Below are positions 24,071-36,547 of a DNA stretch of 42,953 nucleotides, piece after piece. A model generated the notes under the pieces. The model was not told the origin of the DNA. It did no database searches and saw only the letters and a program-made list of their open reading frames with translations. A program made the position numbers and the translations under genes. Location of the stretch: contig JALDZS010000194.1 of the NCBI GenBank assembly GCA_022813965.1, positions 1-42,953 of the forward strand, in the 5' to 3' direction. This DNA is from Toensbergia leucococca. Taxonomy: Eukaryota. Within the stretch, counting starts at the first letter, position 1; every line of letters begins with the position of its first letter.

Positions 24071-25958
24071 TTACAATTCGTCCTTGTCCACTGGTCGCTG
24101 CTTGCGCATCTCCTGCCTCATCTCGTCTTTGATGCGCGTGATGGTCCCCACACCGTTGTACACGAGCGTCGTGTACACCATCGCTAGGCTGGCTCCAGCG
24201 TTGAGGACTTCGAGGGCTTGGGCACCGTTGGTGATGCCGCCTGTTGCGAATATGACTTTGGGTTGAAATGGCGAGCTGGATGTTGAGTTTGAGGTGCTGG
24301 GTGCTCGGGGGAGCTGATCTGGGTGTGTGGATGATGAGAGGGTGCGGCTTGGATCTGACTGAGGCGGGGTATCGGTGAAGGGGTTGTTGCGTTCTGGGAG
24401 GCGGAGGAGGGGCCGGGAGTTTGATGATTCTTCTGCTGCTTGGGTTTGGGGTTTGACATTAGGGAGATCGCGGGTTACTGTTGCTGAGATTTGTGAGGAT
24501 AGGGTGCTCTCCTCTTTGGGTTCTGGTGGGGAGGATTCGGTGGTGGTCGGGGCCGAGGAGGGGTTGTCGTCTTGACCTTCTTGAGGTGAGTTCTGTTGCG
24601 AAGGAACTGATTTCCGCTGAGGACCTTGATCAAGTCTTATCCTGTATTTCTTTACAAGATTTACTGTTCTTTCGAATATGTGCGGGCCTGAAAAACCTCC
24701 CTGTTCGAGCATTATTGCTGCTTCTTTTTCTGATATGTTGTAGCCAATTGGTAGCACATCAGGCCTCCTTTTGGTAGTGTTTCCCACAATCACACCATCA
24801 ACCCCTGAATCGAATATTGCCTCACAGATGCCTGAAACTTGGTCGTCCGAGTCTTCATCCGGGCTTATTTTTACCATGACCGCAGGCTTTGTTTTTCGAT
24901 TCGCTTGTTTGGCTGCTTCCACCACGCCGGTGAGGATGTTTGTGAGTGGTTCTACCTTTTGCAATCCTCTTAGTCCGGGGGTATTGGGACTTGAAACATT
25001 CACTACAATAATGTCCGCGTATCTCGCCAGCGCCTTCACACAATAGACATAATCCTCTTTTACGGCTTCAATATCATCATCAGAAGTAAACTTGTTTTTC
25101 GCGACCTGAACAGCCATCAATTTCCCCTTCATCAATGAGCCCGAAGGTACCCCAGCTTCTCCGTCGAGTACCCGCTGTTCCGCTTCTTCATCGATTCCGA
25201 ATCCATTAGTATGAGCATATTCTCTTACTCGCTGGCGTAATCGCATTGCGACGTGATCTGCACCTTCTGAATTAAGTCCATAGCGGTTGATGAGTGCCTG
25301 CTGCGAGGGTATACGAAACACTCGAGGTTTGGGATTGCCATTCTGCGGATATGGGGTCACGCCACCAATCTCGATGACTGCGGGGCCGAGAGCAAGGAGT
25401 GCAGTGGGAATCTCAGCATGTTTGTCTATGCCTGCGGAAGTGCCAATGGGATTTGAAAGAGTGTGACCGAATACCTGAGCGGGAATTTTCAGTCACCTGT
25501 GGCCAGCGGACACACATTGCCCTCACCTCAACATTCAGATCCCCGGCACCATCGTCTCCTCTCTCCCTAGGATGGATTCCAAACTCGTACAATGCTTTCA
25601 ATGCCTTCGTTCCAGCTTCATGTGCATCCTCTGCGTCTTCATAGAACCACTTCAAGGACGGGACCACCACCCATTGATGTATACCTGCTCTCGTATCGGT
25701 GACATAGAAGTATCCGAAGAACAAGGAGAGACCAATGGCTGTGCCGAGAAAGAGGTTCTTCAATCGGGTGACCAGGGATCGAGAGACCGCCGATATCTCT
25801 TGGGAAGTTGATGCGTAGCGTCGACCGGAACCATGGATAGTTGCGGGCTTGATAAAAGCTAGCTGTGAGTGAATGCATCGACCAGGAAGGCGACTGCGGT
25901 AGACTTGTCTGGAGCTCAATTGGACGGGCTTGATGAAGAGTGAGTTGAAGGCGATCAT
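24071..25958 (-). CDS. URA9: Mitochondrial class 2 dihydroorotate dehydrogenase (quinone)
   Basis: Presequence-like N-terminus, a TM helix and DAEDAHEAG. Intron 25475-25526 gives VFGHTLSNPIGTSAGIDKHAE. Further motifs are EIGGVTPYPQNGNPKPRVFR, INRYGLNSEG, VVNVSSPNTPGLR, VMVKISPD, GVIVGNTT, GGFSGP and IFATGGI. Confidence 0.96.
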
Positions 25959-26909
25959 GGCGCAGGAGAGTGTTTCAATTGAGTACTATCATCTCTACAC
26001 CGTCATCAAAGCTTACGCTTCGTGTTGCAAGAGGAAGTTGAATTATGGAGCTATATACAGGTCGGAGGAAGAGGAGTAAAGCGGAATTCGAAGGGAGGTC
26101 CGGGTGGAGGAGGGGTGGAGGAGGTTGAGCCCGTGAGCCCTTAGCGCAGGAACAACCGAGGATCTCGACTCAGCCCCAGATCTAAAGTATTGAGGTACCA
26201 CATATACACCTCCGGCGGTATCTCCGAGCATGTCTTACAACCATCGATTTCTACCGCGAGGAAAGTCTCGTTATCAATTTTCCCTCCATCCTCTTCCTCT
26301 TCCTTTTCTCGGTCATCTTGTTCTCTTCATTCCTTCTGCCGATCGTACCTTCTAACCTCCACACACATCTCGCGCTATTGATAGAATATCGAGTAGCAAC
26401 GAAATCGGTCCACTGCTTGCGTGCCTCCCACGCTTCGGCCCCACTACCAAAGAATCCAACCCGTAGAACCCCCCCACCACCACGTTTATCCGGAGTGGGT
26501 GGGACCCGTCGATTAGAGCCGCAAAATCCTTCGGCCCTCTGCATCTCAGATCCTCAACATCTACCAGAGCTTCGTAAGAAGTCCTCGATCTTAGCCGACT
26601 AAGGTTCAGTATCAGAGTTAGTCGGCGCTGGTCGTCGCACAAATCACAGCTTTTGTCGCACTGATCTAACAGTAACACCGTCTTGTCTCCACCGCTTGCT
26701 TTGGTCTGCCTTTACCTTTGGAGCCAATCAGACAATCTTGAGATACTCTCGCTCAGTCCACCAATACATTCGTTAAGAGAATCTCTAAAACAGACCTTAT
26801 TGGCAAGAGTGAAGATTCTAAAACCCAGCCCGAGTGCATCGACTCGCTGGATCCAACCACGACGAATGGCTTGATTCAACCTTGGAATTCACTGTTGTTG
26901 TATCTTGTT

Positions 26910-29900
26910 ATGGACTCACGGTCTTCCATTAATCTGAATCATCCACCAACTCGTCAGTCTCTGAGGCCTGTGCCAACCTTAGACTACTTCCACCGATCGT
27001 CTTATCCACCACAACAGATTATACCGCCTTTACAGTCACCGTTCACTCCCACTAGCTCAACCTCTAGTCTTGACGGCGGATCTTACCCTCAATTTGCGCT
27101 TCCATCATTCAACCCATACTATGATTTCAACACTCCTTGCGTGCAGCCTATGCAAATATCCCAGTCACCACAGCACTATGCGCCTCAGCCTTCAAGAACA
27201 CAATCGTACGACTCACACATTGTCTCGACCCAGTCTCATGGGGGACTTCAAGATATAAGACCCATGCCTGTAGGAGGCTCGAACAATTCGCCTTCTCAAG
27301 CCTCACCTTACGTGCAAGAGTCTCCACCAAAATCCAATCGGAGTCAGGCTGGAGCAGTACAATCGGCGCGCGTAGTGGGTACGCAGGGTCGGAGAGGTAT
27401 TCTGCCAAGCGCTGTAGGTTGCCCTGTTGCTGCTGCGGATGGAAGTCCGAGTGGCCAGAATCCTTCTCCGCCGAAGAGAAACTTGGAAGGGAAATGGCCT
27501 TGTGAATTCTGTCATAAGTCTTATTTGCATGCCAAGCATTTAAAGCGTCATGGCCTACGCCGTGAGTTGAATATAGTTGTGCAAACTGAGTCGAACTAAT
27601 CTTGGATTAGATAGTGGGGTTCGGCCATACACGTGTCCTCTGTGCTTGGATACCTTTTCTCGAAGCGACATTTTGAAGCGTCACTTTCAAAAGTGTTCTA
27701 TACGCCGAGGAAATCCAACGGGTGCCACCCATTTGTCATATCCACAAGCCAATATCAGAAAATCAAAATCGAGGTCCAATAAGAAGGCCACATCATCTGA
27801 TGTAGGATTTTCTACCACCTTGACGGAGTCTCCAAGCTCAGAAAGCCCGAACACGGCAAGGTTCCCTCAATCAATGGACAATGCAGCTCGATCAGGGCTC
27901 GGCCAGTCAGAATGTTTGGAGCAGTATCAGTCCCTTTCAACGCCAGTCACAAGGTCGAATAGTATCAAGAGACAAAGGACTAGAGATATTACAGGAGACC
28001 GAGGAAACTTTGCGGGACCAAGCTCCTCGGGTTTCGAAATTACAGGATTTCGGTTCTCTCCTGGAGAATCAAGTCCCGACTCTTTGACTTCGAGTAATGA
28101 AGCTTCGCCTTTTTCTTTTCCAGAAGATGGTCGATCGAAATACCTTTCCAATTTACCGCCAAGTCCCAATGACGACCATACAACGCACAGTACTGATTTA
28201 ATTGGAAGTCAGATGACTTATCTCTCAAATCTCACGGTGCCGGCAGCGTACGATGGCCACGATATTAACTGGAATACTCAGCTGAACCTAGCTCCGAACA
28301 CTAATTACACTCACTCAACAATGCCGTCCAATGTCATGAATGGGCAGCAGCCTATAAAGCTAGAAGCGGATCTGTCCAATACGTCCTTTGCCTCTGTGCC
28401 GAGCGGTCGTCGCAATCCTTTACTGAACGGAGCTTACGAGGCGCCCATATCACTCGCAGTATTGAGCGAGGGCACAGAAGACAATCCGAGACGAATCATA
28501 AGCATACCACAAATTGATCCTATGCAGCACAAAGTTCAAAGTCTAATATCCTTTTGTTTCCCCGGAGATTCTGATTCAGCGGATGACCAGATGCTGAAGC
28601 AGTACCTTTCGGCTTATAACATCAAACATTTTCTGGACCTATTTTCTCATTTTCAAGGTCACTGGCCAACGATACATGCCCCAACTTTCGATCCCGCTGT
28701 AGCGTATGACGGTCTCGTTTTGGCAATGGTTTGCTTGGGAGCCGTCTACTCTGATATCCTCAGTATTTCCCAAGTTCGCACTCTCATGCAACACGCAAAG
28801 CTTGCCATTGACCGAACGACACGTGTATTTGATCACGGCCTGCGAGATGACTATGGTGGGAAGTCTGATTGCTTCCGACCCAATATAGAAGAGGTTCAGG
28901 CTCTAGTCTTACTTCAAGTTCTTTTCATCTGGCATGGTGATCCAGCCCAGCGCGAACATGGTAGACATGACTTCACCAGAATCTCGATGCTGGCGTACAA
29001 TGCCGGACTTCTACATCTGGCTGGACCTACGCATCCAGCTTACAGTATATTTCATCAGAAAGATGGACCTAGTCAGGATTCATTATCGAGCTGGACTTGG
29101 CTTAGCTGGGTGGAGCAAGAAAAGTGGTCTCGCCTTTTATATATACTATTTCTCCTTGACGGGGCTCTTGTCATATTCTTCAACCATGAGCCTCGATTCG
29201 ACCCACAAGATATTCTTCTTCCTTTGCCGGCTGATGATGTCGCATGGGAGGCTACATCTGCCGTGGATTGTGCTGCTGCTCTCGGTCTCCATGGACATAG
29301 CGCCCAATCAAAGAATACAACAGGTAGCGGGGCAAGTAAGCAATTAGAGATGAATGAAGCAATGCGAAGGCTTCTAGATCCTACCTGTGACTTCAAGCCA
29401 TGTATCAGCAATGCTTATTCAAAGTTCATTCTGGTGCATGGGCTCCACATTCAAATCTGGAAGATTCAGAGGCAACTCTTAGGAGGTACTGCCAATTTTG
29501 GTCTGCAAGATTTCCGGAGCTTCGACAATTTGTCTAAAACTCCCAACTTCCACAGCGACTGGATGGTTGCAAGTGGCGGAAGTGGACGCACGAGTTCCAC
29601 TAGTAGTGGCCAACTCACACCAAATGATAGCTCAGGCGCTCAAACGCCAAACTTCATGACTCCTCACCTATTAAGAAACACTACTTATGCCCTTCAAAAA
29701 TGGAAGAAAATGTGGGATGAAGATATGGCTATACAATATCCTTCGACTGCATCTCCTACCAGGCGACTGGGCTTTTGCAGAGATGGCATCCACTACTATT
29801 ACCTAGCATGTACGTTTCTTCACAAAAGAGCCTCTGACTGGGACGCCCCTCCGGATGTAAGATTCTCGCAAGTCATGTCATTGCTCAAGAACGAAGTTCT

Positions 29901-30027
29901 CGTGAGGGTTTCCGAAGAGAAGTCCAAGCACGGCCAGGAAATTGGATCAGTGGGCAGCATTGATGAGAGCTATGGTGCTCAGGACCTAACGATTGATATG
30001 AAACTACTTTTCACGCCTTTAGGATAG
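26910..30027 (+). CDS. C2H2 zinc-finger transcription factor with fungal-specific TF domain (possibly RfeC-like)
   Basis: Intron 27562-27610 joins two fingers: WPCEFCHKSYLHAKHLKRHGLR|HSGVRPYTCPLCLDTFSRSDILKRHFQKC. The C-terminal Fungal_trans-like region reads FQGHWPTIHAPTF...LAMVCLGAVYS...WVEQEKWSRLLY...LPLPADDVAW. Confidence 0.92.
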
Positions 30028-31010
30028 GACTTTTACTTTACAGTAAACGGCCTGGGACAAATCCCTCATCGCATTTCCACGCGCTTTGGTGGCTTCGGAT
30101 AGCTTGCTACCGCCACGGCATCAAAGCACGGAATCTCTTAGAATTACGACTAGAATTACGAGACCAACGCTGCATTTTCCTCTATTTCAATTGAGCATGA
30201 AGAAAAATTTTAGATTTTCTACTTTCTCCTTCCTATCTCTATGCCGTCATGCGGCCGCTCTCATATCGGTCTTATGATTTACGGCGTTTGACAGGAATGA
30301 GGATTTTGATGTTCGAGGTCAAGATACATAGACACATATCCGTGGGAGACTCTTGGTGGTCTGACCTTGGCCTTTGATCAGTGATAGACGGGCCCTTGTT
30401 TTTGCATAGCGCATAGATCTGTGATGACAGGAGCTTATTTTCCTAACGTCTTGGCATCAGAGAAGGATTCTTTTTCTGTTGGTAGAAGGACAACTACCTA
30501 GTTAGACATTCCGTACTTTGGAATCAAGGGGACAGAATGCCCTTAGAACGAAGACCTTTTCCACGAACACTAGATGGATTCGAGTCAAGCTGCTGACCAA
30601 TATAATTCTAGGATGCTGCCTGCCTTTTCCTAATTCTGTGGGCATAGGTAAGGTAGGTCGAGATTTTTGATGGGCACGCGAATAGCTCAGGCGCTAGCTT
30701 GAAACTCATCGGCCGACCACAGATAACCGCCAAACATGCCTTTCCATGGCGTCAAGGGGAAATGGGAATTTGTTGAGAGGTATACCTGGTCGACGTGACA
30801 TCGTTCCTCGAAATGTATCAGATTTCCATTGTGGCGGCACACTACTTGGTGTCGAAGGCTCTCCTTGACATTGGGAATTCGATATCCTGTCATATCCTTC
30901 TCCTTATTTCCACTTCTACCATCAAGTTTCCAAGTCTCCCTTAAAGTAGCCAAGGTCACCTATCGAATATACTTTCTAGTTCAAGATCAAGTTGGCTTAT
31001 CTCCCTTGCG

Positions 31011-31858
31011 ATGATGATGCTCGTTTTCCTTCTCCACTCGTGTCTTTTAATTGGCTTCAGCGCTCAAATCATTCCAGCAGTACAGTCAATCCCCCATGCT
31101 CCTGTTTCTGGGAACTCTGCTCTCCACATTCCTGTCAACAATAATTCTGGCTCTCTTAGACGTCAAGTGGACGGCTTCTGGAGCTGCGCTTTTTGCGTTG
31201 ATCGATGTCTGTCGTGGACCGCGCTATGCGTTTCCGCGTGCACGGTTGGTGTTGAGTTTGATGGGATAGTAGCCTGCAGTGTACGTTTTGTCTCCTCAAT
31301 GCAGTCATCAAGTACGGACATGATAATCCTGGTTGTTCAATTTGTATTCCTATATTCTTTCTTTGCTCCACCACTCCAAGCCGAAGTTGCAGTTACTGAC
31401 CGAGTATTGGTGTCTTTTCGCATAGGCCTGCCTGCTTCATTATGGTGCCACTAAACAGTGCGTCCAGTGCGTCCCGAGATGCAGATTTGTAATCGAAACA
31501 AAATGTGCTAATCTCACCAATACGTAAGGCCCAACTTGCTTTCTTCCTTTTGAACTTCAATCTTTTACCACCTACCGATTTTACGTCGCTCAGACTCGAT
31601 GTAGGTGTGTCTCGGCCGAAGACGATAACGCTCCAGGTTTATGCACCGTTCCTGGGCATGTCGCCCATCTGGCTTCTGGAGGAACTGGAGGTGAAGATTT
31701 TCCCATTCTTATCTGTGACCACTTTACATTGAACGAATCTACTGACAAGCACCGACTTGCTAGCGAAGGGATGCAACAGCAGTACCGCTTGCGATGTTGC
31801 TGTGGCTGCTATTCCAGGATGTTATACTGATCTGGCCAGCCATGCCGATTATTCATGA
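31011..31858 (+). CDS. Small secreted cysteine-rich protein (182 aa, 4 exons)
   Basis: Exons 31011-31280, 31426-31523, 31605-31690 and 31764-31858 join in one frame (549 nt) with GT-AG introns. There is a signal peptide, a dibasic LRR site, and 16 Cys after it. Confidence 0.72.
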
Positions 31859-33368
31859 CCTGAAGACCCTGGCGACGGAAGAGCTCCCATTCTTGACAAT
31901 TGATTACTGCAATTCTATCAAAATCACTGAACGGATTTTCTACAATTGAGCTTCTCATTCAGTTGAAAATGCTACCCGCCCAAACATTTATCAGCTTCAA
32001 AGCCACGGCGGCGCTATGGGAACGTTCGAAGAGTTGTTGACCCTCGTATTACTTGCCACAATTTTGTATAACTCACATCCTGGCTATGATATCACCCCTT
32101 TACCTGGCCTACCCATCAACTAGATCACCAGAGCCATCGCTTCCAATTCTCTATACCCAGGGGAGCACAACTTGGTTCGACGCTCTATCAAGGAATTACA
32201 TTTTGCGGAAATCAGCAGACCAAGTATCGCGCAGCTCGATGCCGACATGGCTGGGGTTTAGAGCATCCCATGTTACAACGTTTCGATTATCTTATGTTGC
32301 AGGCATTTAATTGCATGTTTCGAGCTTTGGGTTGACTCTATGGTATCCATTGAGGATTCTGGTGTGAAGGGGTTTTCCGAGTGATTCGTTTCGAGTGTTC
32401 GAAAGTACCGAATTGAAGGCTACATCAACTACGAGTACACATCTAACGAAACTCCCCTTGGGCATGATACGAAACATCGAGGAATAGAAGTCGATCTGAT
32501 ATTGCTGTTTTGAAGTCTGGAAACTATCCTTGTCGTTGTTACCCTATGACTGAGACAAGTTTCCAACATGACTCGCTAAAGCCTTCCATGTCTCGACAAA
32601 CGAGGGAACGAGGTGGCGTTGGCGTTATTGAATGGTTGCCTCGATTCAGAAATATTATGCGAGTCTGCGTTTCTCCCGTGCTCGGTAAGGCTTAGCTTGT
32701 CGACGGCGTGGAGAATCTTGGAATCTTGGAGCTTATTCCAGCCTCAGTGGTATGGTGGCCACAGAAGAAGACCAAGCCAATACTCAAGCACAGGTCTTGT
32801 CCTCTTGTGAGATGTAGAATGAATACTGAACTACGAGCAAAGCTAGCTATTAAGTATTCTACTCTACCCTGTGGAATTCACATGGCCCGAGGCCCCATGG
32901 CCACTGCCAAGATATTCTAACAGGCTCCTCTTGACCACTACAGTCCACAGTCCACAGATTCCATGCCCGCCTCCACGTGAACAGCCGATCTTAGTCCTAG
33001 TGTCCCGCCTAGGTAATATGGCGCCAGTGAGCCAGTGAGCCAATGCCCGAGTGTCAATATTAGCGAGGCTTTTTTACAATTCTACGCGTGACCTATGATT
33101 GATTTGATTCGCTCCCCCTCACTTCTCCACCCAATGGGTCCCGCTATTCTAGATTGCATTCTACCTTGTGCGGCCGCCATGGACGCTATTCTACATCACC
33201 TCACGATGTTTATCCCGTTTCTTCCTCAGGGCATTATACCCATGCACATGTAGGAAGCTCAAGAACCATGCCGGTTCTCATTCAGGCCTTATATAAACAG
33301 CAGTTCCAGCACATTCATCACAATCTCAATACATAACAAGCTCCGACAAGCTTCTTACCGTGTCCATC

Positions 33369-34342
33369 ATGTCTTCTCCCAAGTCCATAACCAAGTCCAT
33401 TATGCTGTGCATATCAACCCTTCTGTTCGCGCGCCTGGTACTCAGCACTCCCTTCGAGCAGCACCTGCAGCGGCGAATAGTATGCAACGCAGACAACTGC
33501 CTGCGACAACTCAGGCAAACCTCTTCTCTGGCAAGCCCCTTCTGCAAGACATATCTCGGTACTGTGTAAGTCCAACCAAACTTCCTCCTCTACCAGCAAT
33601 AGAATTAGTTAGCTGAGATCAAAGATAGGACTTCAACCGTCACAACCACCACCACAATCCCCGCCTTGGGAGCCGTTTTCCCTCAAAAGCGCTCCGTGGA
33701 AGATCAAACCGACGCCCCTCTCACAATCACAACTGTGCCCCCATCGCTTACCCACGATGATTTAAGAAGAGCAGCACCCACCCCATCCTACGTCTCCAAA
33801 TGCACCGAAAATCCCACCGCCCTCTCAAGCGGCTGTTCCTGCCTCCTCTCAATCACCGAACCAGTCAGTAGAAAAGAACCCCTAACCCCCCCTTCACAAT
33901 CCCAACCCCCCACTAACCAAAAAAAAAACTCCCTCCCAAAAATAAACAGACCACAACAATAACCTACACCTCAACCTCCACCCTCCCCCTCCCCCCCCAA
34001 TGCAGTTCCAAAAACAACTACGGCCTCCAACCAACCTTCTACCAAGACTACATCCTCCCCAACGGCCAAGGCTCCTCCGGCCTCGGCTTCGACACTCTCC
34101 CCGGCGGCTGCTGCGCCTATTGCTTCGCCAGCCCAAACTGCGTCGGCTTCTACGTCGACTCGTCGTATGTGGCTGCGGAGCCCGGGGAGGTCGGCTGCTC
34201 GGTGGAGATTTTGGGCGAGGTGCCGGTGGAGCCGTTGGGGTCGGATACGTGTCCGTTGGGCTTGGCGAGTGTGACGGCTTCGGGGTCGGTGTCGAATGTT
34301 ATGTTTGGGCTTGGGCCGTGCGCTACTGTTGTGCCGGGCTAG
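33369..34342 (+). CDS. Secreted Cys/Thr-rich modular protein (3 exons)
   Basis: TATAAA at ~33292, a signal peptide, then QRR|IVCNADNCLRQL...ASPFCKTYL. Introns 33566-33628 and 33864-33949 keep the frame. Thr-rich linkers, ALSSGCSCL, and a C-terminal Cys domain GGCCAYCFASPNCVGF...TCPLG...GLGPC, ending at TAG 34340-34342. An alternative ATG is at 33402. Confidence 0.78.
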
Positions 34343-35105
34343 TGACCGGGGGGGGGTTGCGGGGAGAAGGGAAGGGAAGGGAAGGAAGTGGGGTTGGGGT
34401 TGATTTTGGTTTCTTTGATGGGGAGGGTTTTCTTGGTGAATGTGTGCTTGGTACAAACAAAAGTACGGAATTGTTGTGTGTAGGTAATGTAAATGCATTG
34501 TAGGAAAAACCGAACAATTCCCCCCCCCCCCTCCCAAATGTGTCCCCCTCTCGTCCCTGCAGCCAAAAATATTGTGGTGGCAAAATCATGATGATTTTCT
34601 TGAGCGATATTGTGTGTCTAGATGAGTGATGATGAGTTTAGTCATACTGTCGTCACCTCATTGTTATTGTATGAATTTAGATAGTGAAGAGTGATATTAA
34701 AGCATTGCAATGAGGTGTATGAGAATACTCACGATCTTTAAATATTCTTCTGCATGTAAACATGATTGCTGTCAAGAAAAAAACAATGTGATCATTAACA
34801 AGACTGACAAAATTCTCACTATTTAAAGAATGGAAAAAGTTCGATTTCAAGGTAATTGCCTGCTAAGATGAGAATTGATGATTCTAAGAGTGCGCGCGTT
34901 CAGTACCTCAAAAATGTTGATGTGTGTGAAGATCACTTATTCACTACATACTAGGGTCCTTTTACAGCCCGTTTTTGGTTTATTTGATTGGCGTAGAAAG
35001 ATTTGATGGGGCTGTTAACATTGGAGTGTAGTTGGGGCTTGAGGTTTGCAGCGATATGAGCCAAATAGGACACCATTGAGGAGTCCGATGCTGGACTGTC
35101 AAAGC

Positions 35106-36547
35106 TCACGGAGTATATGGATCTTCTGGAGCCCACCCAAAGACGTCTGCTAGGACGTCGTGGGGAATAGGCGAGGGAGCAAACCCTGACTGATCTGGAC
35201 AGTCCGTGAATTCGGGAACTTCACGCTTGTTCCAAGTACACACTTTTAGCTGTGATAGACAAGAGAAATCAATCTGGCCAGTCGTAGTGCGAATAAACAC
35301 ACCGTGTCCCGCGAGACCCTTGGCCTTGCAATCTGCGGCGCCGTCGAAGAGAAGAGAGCCGGTAGTCCAATTACTGAGGACCTGTGACGTAACCGAAGTC
35401 GGGTTGGCATCATCATGGTTTGATTTAGAAGGGAAGAGTGCGTAAGATGCATTCGTAGAGCTGCTGTACCACCACACGGAGCATTGCCCGTTGAGATCGT
35501 AAGCTGGACACTTGAACTTGTTTGATTCTGTCACAGGGTTGTCATTGTATTCTGCCAGAGGGTTGTAATCAGGCGCAACACCCGCCGTGTAACCATTGCC
35601 AGTCAGTGCGCTCGAGACAAGGAAGAGGTTGAAAGAAGCGTCGAGGTCATCAGTCACCTGAGGAAGATTTGGAAGCTGATCGGGCGGGACGGAAAAGTTC
35701 CCAGAAGAGGTGAAGGCGAGGAAGGCCGACAAGTCGGACTGCACGGCAGCCAAGCCTATATTGATTCGCGTTTCAAGAGTGGTGGAGACATTTCTAAGAT
35801 ACACCTCCAAATCCCCGATCTGTACTGTCTGCGAACTGTCTGTTCCCGTCGGGAATATTGCGTTTGAGAAGGTAGGGTTTTGCAAGCCTGCTGTAAAGGC
35901 ACTAGCAGAGGTAACAGCTGAGCCGAGTGCACCCCCAACAACTGGTATCAGTGACAATCCTGCAGCCAGAACACTGAAAATGATCTCTGTAGTCATGTGG
36001 GGTTGTACGATTTTGTCAAACTCATCAACGATATGATTTACGTTATCTGCAGCTCGACTCGCCGCATTTACTAATGCGTTGAACCAGGTGGTGAAGAACT
36101 GATTGACGGCTAATCGCAAAGCATAAGCCAATTCGTCTCTTGACATACGCCCTTGCATCATTGTACTTACCATTGATATTGTAAAGAATGTACCAGACTT
36201 CTGGCTGTATGGTTGAGGGAAAGACAGGAAGGTTATCTAAAGATGGTGGAGCAATGCAATGCGTAGGATCGTCAATCTCCAAGCAGGTATAGCCTGAATT
36301 GTTGTAGCCAAGTCGCATGAAGCAATTGGTGAAAGGCTCCTGTGTCACATCGAGTCTCCTGGACCCACTTTGTCAACCAAGCCGTAAGGTTAAGGGTCTT
36401 CCAGCACGACCTGTCGAGGCCACTGCTGGGGTCCTGGCAATTAAACTGTCTGGTCTCGAGATGTTGATGCGGGACGAGGGAGGCGTGGATGGATAATGGA
36501 AGCCCACTTATGGAGACGGACGTGAATACTAAAGAGTGTAATCGCAT
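35106..36547 (-). pseudogene. Secreted uncharacterised protein gene with one frameshift near 36340 (pseudogene or sequencing error)
   Basis: Signal peptide MRLHSLVF..., then CQDP...SCWKTLNLTAWLTKW...RCD. The coding-like continuation EPFTNCFMRL...CLEI...HC...WYILYNIN is in another frame, with no intron between them. Intron 36110-36170 then joins the long ORF AVNQFFTTW...FLAFTSSGNFS...WWYS...IDFSCLSQLKVCTW. Confidence 0.7.

Noticed and set aside
26257..26270. GAGGAAAGTC resembling RNase P/MRP conserved region I
   Set aside because: No matching CR-V/P4 partner was found downstream, and it lies in a divergent promoter region.
34000..34503. 167-aa Arg/Gly-rich ORF from the track
   Set aside because: It is the wrong frame of the last exon of the 33369-34342 gene; the spliced frame gives the Cys-patterned domain.
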